A DNA stretch of 57,564 bases from positions 1-57,564 of the forward strand of contig CAZXGO010000006.1 in NCBI GenBank assembly GCA_964640035.1, given 5' to 3'. How positions within the stretch are numbered: the first letter of the stretch is position 1; every line of letters begins with the position of its first letter. Source of the DNA: an uncultured Chitinophagales bacterium (GTDB lineage: Bacteria > Bacteroidota > Rhodothermia > Balneolales > CAYWCV01). This document shows, piece after piece, positions 45,977 through 55,491 of the stretch. A model generated the notes under the pieces. It worked only from the letters and a program-made list of their open reading frames with translations, did not search any database and was not told where the DNA came from. Both the position numbers and the translations under genes were made by a program.

Positions 45977-46837
45977 GTGATTGTCTCTATTCAAGGGGTT
46001 AAAGGTTCTTTTCATGAAGAGGCTGCAGTACGTCTTTTTAACCATCCTAAGCTTTTAGAAAGAGATACTTTTGAAGAAGTTTTCTCTGATACTATCGAGG
46101 GTCGTGCAGATTTTTCTATAATCGCAATCGAAAATTCTATCGTTGGCTCGCTTATTTACAACTATGACAAGCTGGCGAAAAGTGGTCTTTATATCGTTGC
46201 AGAAACCTATCTAAAAATATCTCATTGCCTCATTGGGCTACCAGGTTCCACGCTTCATGATATTGATGAAATCTGGTCGCATCCAATGGCGATTGAACAG
46301 TGTCGAACCTATCTTTCTGGTCTGAACGCCAAAATAGTAAGTTCAGATGATACGGCTGGTTCTGTTGAGCGAATCATGCGCACAAGAGCTAAAAACATTG
46401 CAGCTATTGCAAGTGCTCGTAGTGCACACATCTATGAAGCTCAAATTATACAAACTGCAATCGAAACCGATCCGCACAATTATACACGATTCTTAGTCCT
46501 ATCGCGAGATCCAGAAGTACGACCTAGTACTCATCAAAATACAAAAACAAGCATCATTGCTCATATCGATGATAAACCAGGCTCATTGTATGAGCTGTTG
46601 GGCCTTATCAAAGCCGCTTCTGTGAATCTAAGTAAGATTGAATCCCGTCCACGCATAGGAATGCCATGGAAATATGATTTTTACCTGGATCTGGATCTTG
46701 ATGCCTCCAGTCTTATTGGACAAGACATACTTAAAGGAATCACTGATCATATCTCTGATCTGAAAGTACTGGGAACCTACCCAAGAGTTGGGGACCCTAC
46801 GCCAGAAGTAAACAATGATGATCAGATAAATCCCTAA
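45977..46837 (+). CDS. pheA: Prephenate dehydratase
   Basis: PDT domain (IQGVKGSFHEEAA, ENSIVGS, NYTRFLVL) plus an ACT domain with SRP...YDFYLD. GTG start. Confidence 0.9.
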   Translation: MIVSIQGVKGSFHEEAAVRLFNHPKLLERDTFEEVFSDTIEGRADFSIIAIENSIVGSLIYNYDKLAKSGLYIVAETYLKISHCLIGLPGSTLHDIDEIWSHPMAIEQCRTYLSGLNAKIVSSDDTAGSVERIMRTRAKNIAAIASARSAHIYEAQIIQTAIETDPHNYTRFLVLSRDPEVRPSTHQNTKTSIIAHIDDKPGSLYELLGLIKAASVNLSKIESRPRIGMPWKYDFYLDLDLDASSLIGQDILKGITDHISDLKVLGTYPRVGDPTPEVNNDDQINP

Positions 46838-46942
46838 TCAAGCACTCAAAAAAGTCCCCTCTGTAATCTTATTTCTTAAGTCACTATATTAGGCCAGAAA
46901 ATATTAAACATCTACAAAGTTCATCTGTTTCAAAAGGCCCTT

Positions 46943-47755
46943 ATGTCACAAAGAGTTGGCATCTTCGTTGATGCACTGAGTGTTAGTTATAATGGAGGTT
47001 TTGGTCTACGTTTTGATAATCTTCGAAGATTCGCTCTTCGAAATGGCGGCAACCCCGGTCGATTTAATGTCTATCTGGCTATCGACAGTGAAAGAGCGGT
47101 TGAAGATCAAGGGTACAGACTTAAAACAAACCGTTTTTGTGAAGTTCTCCGAGATTTTGAATTCAAAGTAGTCGAAAAACCGGTATCGGTTCCAAAAGAC
47201 GAAGAATCGGGTGAACCTCTCACGCGCCCAAGTGTTTCTGTGGAAATGGCCCTAGATATGGTTGAAATGTGTTCCGAACTTGATCATATCGTTCTTTTAA
47301 CCAACGACGTAGATTTTGTTCGGGTGATTCGTACAGTACAATCTAAGGGCTGTAAAGTCGAGTTAATCGGATTTAATAATCTACCCACTGCCTTAAAGAA
47401 AGAAGCAGACTACTTTGTGTCCGGCTTCATGATTCCAGGATTATTACCCGTACAGGGTGCTACTGCCGATTGGGGTAAAGTAGGATCTAGAGTACGCGGG
47501 GTTTGCTATGACTTTAGTCATGATGATGGGTATGGTTTCATGCGTTTTTTGCATCGTTACGATCTGCCTCTTTGGATTACAGACTCAAGAGCTGAAAACT
47601 CACCCTATAAGACCGTTTTTGCTCATATCTCACAATTTGAAGCAAATTTTGACACAAGTTATGTGCCAAGTAGGGATTTAATCTTTGAATTCAGCTTAAT
47701 TGAAAACGAAAAAGGATTAATCGCCGAAGACGTAGTTTTGTTTTCGGCTCCTTAA
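46943..47755 (+). CDS. NYN (LabA-like PIN-fold) domain protein fused to a C-terminal cold-shock-like domain
   Basis: NYN blocks VGIFVDALS, VSVEMALDMVE, IVLLTNDVDFVRVIRTVQSKGCKVELIGF and ADYF. The C-terminus, RGVCYDFSHDDGYGFMRF...VFAHISQFE...IFEFSLIENEKGLIAEDVVL, resembles a CSD with an insertion. Confidence 0.7.
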   Translation: MSQRVGIFVDALSVSYNGGFGLRFDNLRRFALRNGGNPGRFNVYLAIDSERAVEDQGYRLKTNRFCEVLRDFEFKVVEKPVSVPKDEESGEPLTRPSVSVEMALDMVEMCSELDHIVLLTNDVDFVRVIRTVQSKGCKVELIGFNNLPTALKKEADYFVSGFMIPGLLPVQGATADWGKVGSRVRGVCYDFSHDDGYGFMRFLHRYDLPLWITDSRAENSPYKTVFAHISQFEANFDTSYVPSRDLIFEFSLIENEKGLIAEDVVLFSAP

Positions 47756-47779
47756 GACCCGTCTCCATTCATGTTGCGT

Positions 47780-47820
47780 AAAAAAAACAAGCAAGAGCTT
47801 TTGCCCTTGCTTGTTCATTT
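47780..47820. terminator. Bidirectional terminator between the NYN-CSD gene and mdh
   Basis: acaagcaag / cttgcttgt stem with an A7 run upstream. It lies between convergent genes. Confidence 0.7.
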
Positions 47821-47854
47821 CATAGATTGAATGCAGAATCTATATGTGCAAATA

Positions 47855-48811
47855 TCAGGCCGACTGTATACGCTTTAGATCCTCAACTCCTGAACGAACA
47901 GCAGCTGCAGAACTTTCAAGTAGAGCTTTTTCGTCAGCATCCAGTTCAACCTCGATAATCTCTTTGATTCCACCTTTTCCTAATTTTACAGGCACCCCAA
48001 GGTATAGGTCCTTGATGCCATATTGACCTGTCAACCAAGCAGCGCAAGGGAAAATGCGATTTTGATCCAGAGCAATAGCCTCCACCATTTGTGCGGCAGC
48101 AGCTCCCGGAGCATACCAGGCAGATGTGCCCATGAGTCCAACAAGCTCACCTCCACCAACTTTTGCTCGTTCTACAATTGCATCTAATTTTTCTTTACTG
48201 ATTAATTGGGTCACAGGTATACCTGATACAGTGGTATAGCGAGGAAGGGGAACCATTGTATCACCGTGACCACCAAGCAATAGAGCCTGAATATCTTTTG
48301 GAGACACCTTAAGCTCCTCAGCAAGGAAGGCTCGATAGCGGGCGGTATCCAGAATTCCAGCCATACCCATCACCTTATTTGCCGGTAACTTGCTGGCTAC
48401 ATAAGCGACATAAGTCATTACATCGAGTGGATTAGACACCACGATGACAATCGTGTTAGGTGACTTGGCGATGAGTTGCTCCGTTACTGTCTTAACAATA
48501 TTGGCATTGATCGATAGCAGGTCGTCACGACTCATACCCGGGCGACGAGGAACACCTGCAGTAATAACACAGATATCGGAGTTTGCGGTATCGTCATAAT
48601 TTGTAGCTCCTCTCAAGCGTGTATCAAATCCAAAAATGGGCGAAGTTTGCCACTGGTCGAGCGCACGGCCAACAGATGGATAAAAAGTCTTATCGCCCTC
48701 TTTACGTTCGAGGTCAACAAGAATGACTTCACTGGCATAATCACGCTGGGCAACTGCAAGGGCTACAGTTGCACCTACATTACCACCAGCACCAACAACG
48801 GTTACTTTCAT
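47855..48811 (-). CDS. mdh: Malate dehydrogenase (LDH-like type)
   Basis: MKVTVVGAGGNVGAT, ITAGVPRRPGMSRDDL, GGHGDTMVP. Confidence 0.95.
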   Translation of the reverse strand: MKVTVVGAGGNVGATVALAVAQRDYASEVILVDLERKEGDKTFYPSVGRALDQWQTSPIFGFDTRLRGATNYDDTANSDICVITAGVPRRPGMSRDDLLSINANIVKTVTEQLIAKSPNTIVIVVSNPLDVMTYVAYVASKLPANKVMGMAGILDTARYRAFLAEELKVSPKDIQALLLGGHGDTMVPLPRYTTVSGIPVTQLISKEKLDAIVERAKVGGGELVGLMGTSAWYAPGAAAAQMVEAIALDQNRIFPCAAWLTGQYGIKDLYLGVPVKLGKGGIKEIIEVELDADEKALLESSAAAVRSGVEDLKRIQSA

Positions 48812-48851
48812 AGTTTTGGGGAATTTGTTAACGACTCAATGATGATAAACG

Positions 48852-49718
48852 TCAGGGTACCTCTCGATAATCTTTGCCCCACATCAATTTGGTTCGGAGC
48901 GTGTCAAAATAATTATGACCTGATAGCTGAATCATATTCACCGAATAATCGGATCGTTTGATGTGCATCTCAAATGGATATTCGGCAATTTCATAGACCT
49001 GACCGTCATAGGAAAATAACACCTCATGAGGCTGGGATACAACCTGAATTTTAAGCTCTTTGTTATTCGGTAATACTAATGGTCGTATTGTAAGAGTATG
49101 TGGGCAAATAGGAGTTAGGATCATCACATCCGCCTGTGGCGAAACAATGGGTCCATTGGAAGCCAAATTGTAGGCGGTAGACCCGGTAGGTGTGGCAATA
49201 ATTAAGCCATCCGCCCAGTATCGATTGATAAAAAAACCATCGTACCACGCATTGACGGTGATCATCGCCGGGGTACCCATTTTGCTAAAGAGAAATTCAT
49301 TTAGAGCATGATACTCCTTGCCCTCTGCATCCGTAGCAGTTAACAAACTACGTTGCTCAAGTTGAAAACGTCCTTCAACCAAAGCGCTCATAGCATTGTG
49401 AACCTGATCCTCCTGAAGGGTGGCTAAAAACCCCAATCTACCTGAATTTATTCCAAGAATTGGCTTACCTGAACGTCCAACCAAGCCTGCCGTATGTAAC
49501 ATGGTACCATCGCCGCCAATGGCCAACACAATATCACTGGCGTCAATAACGTCTGTTTCGGTAGCAAGCACTCTGGCAGAATTCAACTCAGGCAGAGCCC
49601 CCACTAAGGTATCCGCAATCATAATATCATGCTGTGTAGCACCAGCCCATTGGTATAAATGAGCCAATGGGGCACGTACAGCATATTTGCTAGGGTTTGC
49701 AATGATACCGAAACGCAT
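48852..49718 (-). CDS. nadK: NAD+ kinase
   Basis: GGDGTMLH and TPTGSTAYNLASNGPIV motifs. The start MRFGIIANP at 49718 lies 2 nt after the upstream stop. The track start at 49769 would overlap the upstream gene. Confidence 0.9.
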   Translation of the reverse strand: MRFGIIANPSKYAVRAPLAHLYQWAGATQHDIMIADTLVGALPELNSARVLATETDVIDASDIVLAIGGDGTMLHTAGLVGRSGKPILGINSGRLGFLATLQEDQVHNAMSALVEGRFQLEQRSLLTATDAEGKEYHALNEFLFSKMGTPAMITVNAWYDGFFINRYWADGLIIATPTGSTAYNLASNGPIVSPQADVMILTPICPHTLTIRPLVLPNNKELKIQVVSQPHEVLFSYDGQVYEIAEYPFEMHIKRSDYSVNMIQLSGHNYFDTLRTKLMWGKDYREVP

Positions 49719-49720
49719 AT

Positions 49721-51232
49721 CTAACTTTCTTCTCGAGTTATTTTCGCACCGCGAAAATCTAGCCACCATGGTAAATGATTCATCCTAATACCATCAACAG
49801 CGGAATTGATGATGGCATATCTTTTGACCTCAAATTCAACTAAAAGATCCTGTACTCTACCATAGGTAGGTTCTATTCCATTTGAAGCATCGGAGCTCTG
49901 TACGATATAGCCTAGAATTTCCCGTGTAATCAAGGGGGTTCTGTAAATCTGCATTGGAGCGGTCTCTTTTGTGCTTTGGGTTAGCTGTAAGAGAAAGTCG
50001 CCAGCCACGAGATTACCATTGAAACTCACGTTGATCACAGAACGGCTTGTATCAAATTGTGCCAGTCTCTGGGATACAAAATCGTATGGAGCGGCTTCCA
50101 TCTCGCGCACCATGTGAACTACAGGTGCCCGCATAAGAGAAGAATACTGCTCAAATGTGAAGTTTCTGAACAGGTATCTTGTATCGAGATTGCTGAACTG
50201 ATACGCATTACGCGGGTTGTAAAAAAATTGGTATCGCTGATTTGCCCCTTCATAGAGTTTGAAGTTTTGTGTATAACTGGCTTCCAGCTTTCCATTTTCA
50301 TCGATTAGACTGCGCATCATTTGAGGCCCTAATTCAGCAATAAAATCTAGGTCATTTCGCGCTAATCGCTTGAAGAGTTCGGTTTCAGAACTTTCTTTCA
50401 CAATTTCAATCTGATCAATGAGGATGGTTTCAGCACCTGCCCAGTACCTATGATTTTTTCGAAGTACATATAAACTGTCACCAAGCGCTCGCTCAAATCG
50501 AAAAGGCCCGGTTCCCACCGGAACACCTTGCTCAGCCGATTGTTTGCTTGCATATGCCTCGATTGGATAGATGGCTGCAAAAGGAGACGCTAATTTCTGA
50601 AGAAACGAAGGATCTGGCATACTCAGATTGAACTGAATCGTTTGCTCATCGATCACCCGTATACCGCTAATATCTATGATGACCCGATCCTGCTCGAAAT
50701 AAATTTCATGTTGTTCTCGAAAAAAAGCATCGAACCCTGTAATGTAGTCAACGAACAATCGTGCTGCATGTGGAGGTACCCCCGTACTTCCCATACGCTT
50801 GAAACTATTGTAAACATCACGGGAATCTACTTTGCGCCCTATTCCGCTCGTAAAAACAGTTGCATCCTGAAAAAAGGCATCATTGCGCAAGGTAAACACC
50901 CAGCTTAGGGAGTCGCTCGAAACGTCCCACTTTTCGGCCAAACGAGGAACAATATCTCCATTTTCATCAAAACCCGTCAATCCCTCATGAATCAGCTGCA
51001 CAACGCGTTGGGCCGCTGGATTAAGTGCAAAAAGAGGATCTAATGAGCGTATTTGATCCAACTCACCATATCGCAAAAAACTCGGTTGCTCTGAAACGCT
51101 CGAAGAAGCTGCAATACCCTCGATGGTTGAAGCAGGTTTATCAATTACGGTGATGGGTCCGGTACTGCTGCATGACGATACCAGAAAAATCAGTGTGCCG
51201 AACAAGGGTAAAAGTAGACGTTGCATTGGCAT
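49721..51232 (-). CDS. ABC transporter substrate-binding protein, family 5 (peptide/nickel type), lipoprotein
   Basis: Lipobox LVSSCS and SBP_bac_5-like blocks (SLDPLFA..., EGLTGFDENGDIVPRLAEKWDVS...). No permease or ATPase genes lie adjacent. Confidence 0.75.
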   Translation of the reverse strand: MPMQRLLLPLFGTLIFLVSSCSSTGPITVIDKPASTIEGIAASSSVSEQPSFLRYGELDQIRSLDPLFALNPAAQRVVQLIHEGLTGFDENGDIVPRLAEKWDVSSDSLSWVFTLRNDAFFQDATVFTSGIGRKVDSRDVYNSFKRMGSTGVPPHAARLFVDYITGFDAFFREQHEIYFEQDRVIIDISGIRVIDEQTIQFNLSMPDPSFLQKLASPFAAIYPIEAYASKQSAEQGVPVGTGPFRFERALGDSLYVLRKNHRYWAGAETILIDQIEIVKESSETELFKRLARNDLDFIAELGPQMMRSLIDENGKLEASYTQNFKLYEGANQRYQFFYNPRNAYQFSNLDTRYLFRNFTFEQYSSLMRAPVVHMVREMEAAPYDFVSQRLAQFDTSRSVINVSFNGNLVAGDFLLQLTQSTKETAPMQIYRTPLITREILGYIVQSSDASNGIEPTYGRVQDLLVEFEVKRYAIINSAVDGIRMNHLPWWLDFRGAKITREES

Positions 51233-51322
51233 AATGTATTGGCTTTACCGATCAATTTTTTGAGTATCTAAACGACGAACGTGCAAAATAGGTATTTAGC
51301 TTGAAACCCTTTATTTACTGCT

Positions 51323-52513
51323 CTACTTGCGAAGTTTCATCCCTTTTATACCTGTTGCCGCTTTTTTACTCAATAAGTTTGTTTCATAACTACGAATACG
51401 CCCATTTTTTCTTCTTCGTTCATCTAGCGCGATATCAATCAACTGGTTTAGTAATACCTCAAAACTCATTCCCGAATGTTGCCACAAATAAAACGAAAAT
51501 GATCCGGGGATGGTATTAATCTCATTAAAGTACACTTTCCCGGTTTCGGGCTGAACCAAAAAATCTAAACGAGCTAAACCACTCGCCCTAAGTGCTCGGA
51601 ATACCGCTACAGCTAAGTCCTGGATTTCTTTGGTGAGCGGTTCACTTATTGGTGCTGGTATGATTCGATCAGCAGAGGCCATTCCTTTCGTACTACCGGG
51701 TTCAGATAAGTATTTGTCTTCGTACGAAAGGGATTCATTTTTTCCGCGGGGCTGCTCACATACGCTTGCTCGAGCTGTTGTTGCATTTCCCAGAACGGAG
51801 CAATTGATTTCCAGCAACGGTTCGATAGCCTTTTCAATGATTACACGGCCATCATAGCGAAAGGCCAGTTCAATGGCATCATCCAAAAGATCCGGCTCTG
51901 TTACTTTTGTTATACCAATACTGCTTCCCAGACTCAGGGGTTTCACAAAAACAGGATAGCCCAGAGCTTCAACATTGGTTTTAAGTTTCTTTTGATCGCT
52001 AACCCATTCGTCTTCTCTGAATTCAACCCAATCAACTACCGGTAATCCGGCTTGACGAACAATTTGTTTAGCTAGTGCCTTATCCATACCTAATGCAGAT
52101 CCACTCACTCCCGATCCGGTATACGCGATGTTAAAACTTTCGCAGATCCCTTGAAATGACCCATTTTCTCCATCGGCACCGTGAAAAGCCAGGATCATTG
52201 CATATACAGGCCACTCCATGGGTTTTGAAAAAAATCGGGTTTTACCGGTCTGCAGTAACACGGGCAATCCATCCTCATTGCGATGAAGCGTACAGGGGAG
52301 CGCCTCTTTTTCGAGTTTAGGCAGATCGGTATAGCGACTTAAATCAAGGAGTACCTCACCTGTGTACCAGCGTCCGCTTTTGCTGACATATAAAGGAATC
52401 ACGGATTTTCCAGATTCTTTTAGAGCGGCAATGGCCTGATGCGCTGTGAGTACAGAAACCTCATGTTCCGGTGATATGCCGCCAAAGGCGACCACAATTT
52501 GTTTTACACTCAT
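51323..52513 (-). CDS. ddl: D-alanine--D-alanine ligase family ATP-grasp enzyme (long, 396 aa)
   Basis: VAFGGISPEHEVSVLTA, HGADGENGSFQGICE, VFVKPLSLGSSIGI, and the C-terminal NEINTIPG. Confidence 0.8.
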   Translation of the reverse strand: MSVKQIVVAFGGISPEHEVSVLTAHQAIAALKESGKSVIPLYVSKSGRWYTGEVLLDLSRYTDLPKLEKEALPCTLHRNEDGLPVLLQTGKTRFFSKPMEWPVYAMILAFHGADGENGSFQGICESFNIAYTGSGVSGSALGMDKALAKQIVRQAGLPVVDWVEFREDEWVSDQKKLKTNVEALGYPVFVKPLSLGSSIGITKVTEPDLLDDAIELAFRYDGRVIIEKAIEPLLEINCSVLGNATTARASVCEQPRGKNESLSYEDKYLSEPGSTKGMASADRIIPAPISEPLTKEIQDLAVAVFRALRASGLARLDFLVQPETGKVYFNEINTIPGSFSFYLWQHSGMSFEVLLNQLIDIALDERRRKNGRIRSYETNLLSKKAATGIKGMKLRK

Positions 52514-52697
52514 AAATAATGAAAATAATGTCTCACAAAATAAGAATAATCCCGTTGCTGTACCGCACTTGGCAGGGTTTGTTGCCTGTGAAAGAAAGTT
52601 AATTTATCAGAAAATGGGATGTTTTTTTCGATGATGATTAAATACCTTCTAAAACTGTCCCGCTACCAAAAAGGTACATAACTAACCCTGTTCCCTT

Positions 52698-54428
52698 ATG
52701 AGAGTCATCTTCCCAATTCTTCTTACCATAATCATCATTGTTACCATGAATTCAGAATCAAAGGCACAGCCTGATCGCATCACTGGCTTATCTTTTGCGA
52801 CCCGATCGGAGGTGATTGGTGCGAACGGGATGGTTGCCACCAGTCAGCCGCTAGCCACTCAAATAGGCCTCGAAATTTTAAAGGCGGGCGGTAATGCCAT
52901 TGATGCCGCCATCGCTGCGAATGCTGCTTTAGGTTTGATGGAGCCCACAGGATGTGGTATTGGGGGTGATTTGTACGCCATCGTATGGTCAGCGAAAGAC
53001 AAGAAATTGTACGGCTTGAACGCCAGTGGACGCTCACCTTTGGGTTTATCGTATGATCAGCTCAAATCAGAGCTGGATGCAATGGGTCGCTCGACGATCC
53101 CACCACGTGGTGTGCTCCCCATTTCGGTACCGGGTGCCGTTGATGGATGGTTTGAATTACACAAAAAATTTGGAAAGATGCCGATGGCGAAAATACTTGA
53201 ACCATCAATCCAGTATGGTGAGAAGGGTTTTCCGGTGAGCGAGCTTATTGCATGGTACTGGCAGAGTGGAGCTCGTTCGCTCAGTAGTCAACCAGGTGCC
53301 TTTCGGGATGAGCTGACCATCGATGGTCGCGGACCCGAAAAAGGGGAGATCATGAAGCGCCCCACACTGGCCAACACGTACCGACTCCTTGCGACCAAAG
53401 GGCGAGATGCGTTCTACAAGGGTGAAATCGCCGACAAGGTGGATGCCTTCATGCGCGCAAATGGGGGCTATATTCGCAAAATTGACTTTGAGCAACACAC
53501 CTCGACATGGGTAGAGCCGGCATCAATAAATTATCGTGGGTATGATGTGTTTGAACTACCTCCAAATGGTCAGGGTATAGCCGCTTTGCAGATGCTCAAT
53601 ATTTTGGAAGGGTATGATCTGGCTTCGATGGGCTATAACAGCGAAGAAGCCCTGCATCTCATGACAGAGGCGAAGAAGCTGGTATTTGAAGATGTAGCCA
53701 AGTTTTATGCGGATCCTGAATTTTCGGGGATTGATTATCGTCCCTTGCTCAGTAAGGACTATGCGGCGAAGCGCAGGGCGATCATTGGTAACCGGGCAGC
53801 ACAGGAGGTGCGTCCGGGAGATGCTATCCTGCGTGATGGGGATACGATCTATCTGACCACGGCCGACGCTGAAGGCAATATGGTCTCGCTGATTCAGAGT
53901 AATTATCGTGGGATGGGTTCCGGGGTAGTGGTACCAGGTACTGGTTTTGTGTTCCAGGATCGTGGGGAGCTTTTTTCCATGGATCCCGATCATGCAAATG
54001 TATACGCACCGGGCAAGCGTCCGTTTCATACCATTATTCCGGCGTTTATCATGAAAGATGGTCAGCCCTGGGTTAGTTTTGGCTTGATGGGAGGCGATAT
54101 GCAGCCGCAGGGGCATGTTCAGATCGTGGTGAACCTCATCGATTTCGGCATGAACCTGCAGGAGGCTGGAGATGCAGCTCGATGGAGGCATTTTGGGTCG
54201 ACCGAGACGACGGCTGGCGCAGCTGACTTTCTTCGTGATGGAGGGACCTTGAGTTTGGAAACAGGAGTACCAGGCGAAGTAAAACGTAATCTCACCCTAC
54301 GTGGACACAAGGTGGCACATGATGTGGGGTCGTATGGGGGGTATCAGGCCATTATGTGGGACGCCAAACACAAGGTTTGGGTAGGTGCATCAGAATCCCG
54401 GAAAGATGGACATGCTGCGGGGTACTAA
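52698..54428 (+). CDS. ggt: Gamma-glutamyltransferase
   Basis: Signal peptide, the autoprocessing-site region GDTIYLTTADAEGNMVSLIQSNY, and GLMGGDMQPQG. Confidence 0.93.
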   Translation: MRVIFPILLTIIIIVTMNSESKAQPDRITGLSFATRSEVIGANGMVATSQPLATQIGLEILKAGGNAIDAAIAANAALGLMEPTGCGIGGDLYAIVWSAKDKKLYGLNASGRSPLGLSYDQLKSELDAMGRSTIPPRGVLPISVPGAVDGWFELHKKFGKMPMAKILEPSIQYGEKGFPVSELIAWYWQSGARSLSSQPGAFRDELTIDGRGPEKGEIMKRPTLANTYRLLATKGRDAFYKGEIADKVDAFMRANGGYIRKIDFEQHTSTWVEPASINYRGYDVFELPPNGQGIAALQMLNILEGYDLASMGYNSEEALHLMTEAKKLVFEDVAKFYADPEFSGIDYRPLLSKDYAAKRRAIIGNRAAQEVRPGDAILRDGDTIYLTTADAEGNMVSLIQSNYRGMGSGVVVPGTGFVFQDRGELFSMDPDHANVYAPGKRPFHTIIPAFIMKDGQPWVSFGLMGGDMQPQGHVQIVVNLIDFGMNLQEAGDAARWRHFGSTETTAGAADFLRDGGTLSLETGVPGEVKRNLTLRGHKVAHDVGSYGGYQAIMWDAKHKVWVGASESRKDGHAAGY

Positions 54429-54473
54429 GAAGGCAACAAATTTACAAGGCAACATTGCATCAATGAATCAATG
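54429..54473. repeat. Family G word array, short copy
   Basis: gaaggcaacaaatttacaaggcaacattgcatcaatgaatcaatgg lies immediately after the ggt stop. Of the 21 nt of acaaggcaaca(a/t)tgcatcaat, 20 are shared with 11086-11106. Confidence 0.8.
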
Positions 54474-54515
54474 GTCGTAATCTGAAGATAGATTCCTTAA
54501 ATCCAAAGCCATCCA

Positions 54516-55022
54516 ATGCAATATCCCATCGGAAAATTCGAGAAACCAGAAGCTATAGATGCATCTCATATTCAAGCTGCAATAGAAAGCATCTCGCTTT
54601 TACCTTCTCAGCTGGAAAAGACACTGGAGCGTGTTCGGGATGAACATCTCCTTCGATCCTATCGGGAAGGGGGATGGAATCTTAGACAAACGATTCACCA
54701 CCTTGCGGATAGCCATATGAATGCCTTCATGCGATTTAAGCTGGCTTTAACGGAAGATCATCCAACGATAAAAGCATATCATCAGGATGGATGGGCTTCA
54801 ACGGCGGATAATCAGGCCGATATACAGACCTCGGTGGCTATTTTAAAGGGACTTCATGCACGTTGGGTACTCCTGATGAGAAATATGCTGCCAGAGGATT
54901 GGGAGAAAACCTTTTTCCATCCTGAGCATCTACGCAGCATTAGTCTGAAAGAAACGGTGTTACTTTATGATTGGCATGGTCGGCATCACCATGCACACAT
55001 CCGTATCATTATTGATGGATGA
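54516..55022 (+). CDS. DinB/YfiT family metal-dependent (thiol-transferase-like) protein
   Basis: YPIGKF N-terminus and the His triad context (QTIHHLADSHMNAFMRF, DWHGRHHHAHI), typical of YfiT/DinB. Confidence 0.8.
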   Translation: MQYPIGKFEKPEAIDASHIQAAIESISLLPSQLEKTLERVRDEHLLRSYREGGWNLRQTIHHLADSHMNAFMRFKLALTEDHPTIKAYHQDGWASTADNQADIQTSVAILKGLHARWVLLMRNMLPEDWEKTFFHPEHLRSISLKETVLLYDWHGRHHHAHIRIIIDG

Positions 55023-55491
55023 TCTACCCAGTATGCTTTTTCTTTACATCGCTCTCGGTTTTGTTGGGATGGAAATTCTGTCGTATGTCGTGCATCGGTA
55101 TCTGTTTCATGGCTGGCTTTGGAAGATTCACAAGACGCATCATGAAGCATCACACGGTATTTTTCAGTGGAATGACCTTTTTTCGCTGTTTTTTGCCGGA
55201 ATGGCAATTTTTTTAATCATTCGGGGAGCTGATCAACCATGGACAGATCCCGGTTTCGGAATTGGAGTCGGCATTACCATTTACGGGATCCTGTATTTCA
55301 TCATCCATGATCTCTTCACGCATCGTCGTTTCCTTCCTTTTTCATCCGACAATCGGGTGATGCGTTTAATTCGCAGGGCGCATCAACGCCACCATCAGAC
55401 GATCGATCATGGTGGACACGAACCCTACGGATTGTTTTTATTCCCATACAGTAAGTACCAGAAAGATAACCGCAAGAAGGAGCAGCAATGA
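55015..55491 (+). CDS. crtZ: Beta-carotene hydroxylase (fatty-acid hydroxylase superfamily)
   Basis: Histidine boxes HRYLFHG, HKTHHE, HDLFTHRR and HQRHH in a 4-TM protein. The ATG at 55015 overlaps the DinB stop (ATGGATGA). An alternative ATG lies at 55033. Confidence 0.8.
   Translation: MDDLPSMLFLYIALGFVGMEILSYVVHRYLFHGWLWKIHKTHHEASHGIFQWNDLFSLFFAGMAIFLIIRGADQPWTDPGFGIGVGITIYGILYFIIHDLFTHRRFLPFSSDNRVMRLIRRAHQRHHQTIDHGGHEPYGLFLFPYSKYQKDNRKKEQQ

Noticed and set aside
53556-54191. A 211-aa antisense ORF opposite ggt. Similar antisense ORFs occur at 7321-7800, 8263-8736, 26003-26440, 27581-28018, 31431-31922 and 56487-56927.
   Set aside because: Each lies fully inside a well-supported gene on the other strand and has no recognisable motifs.
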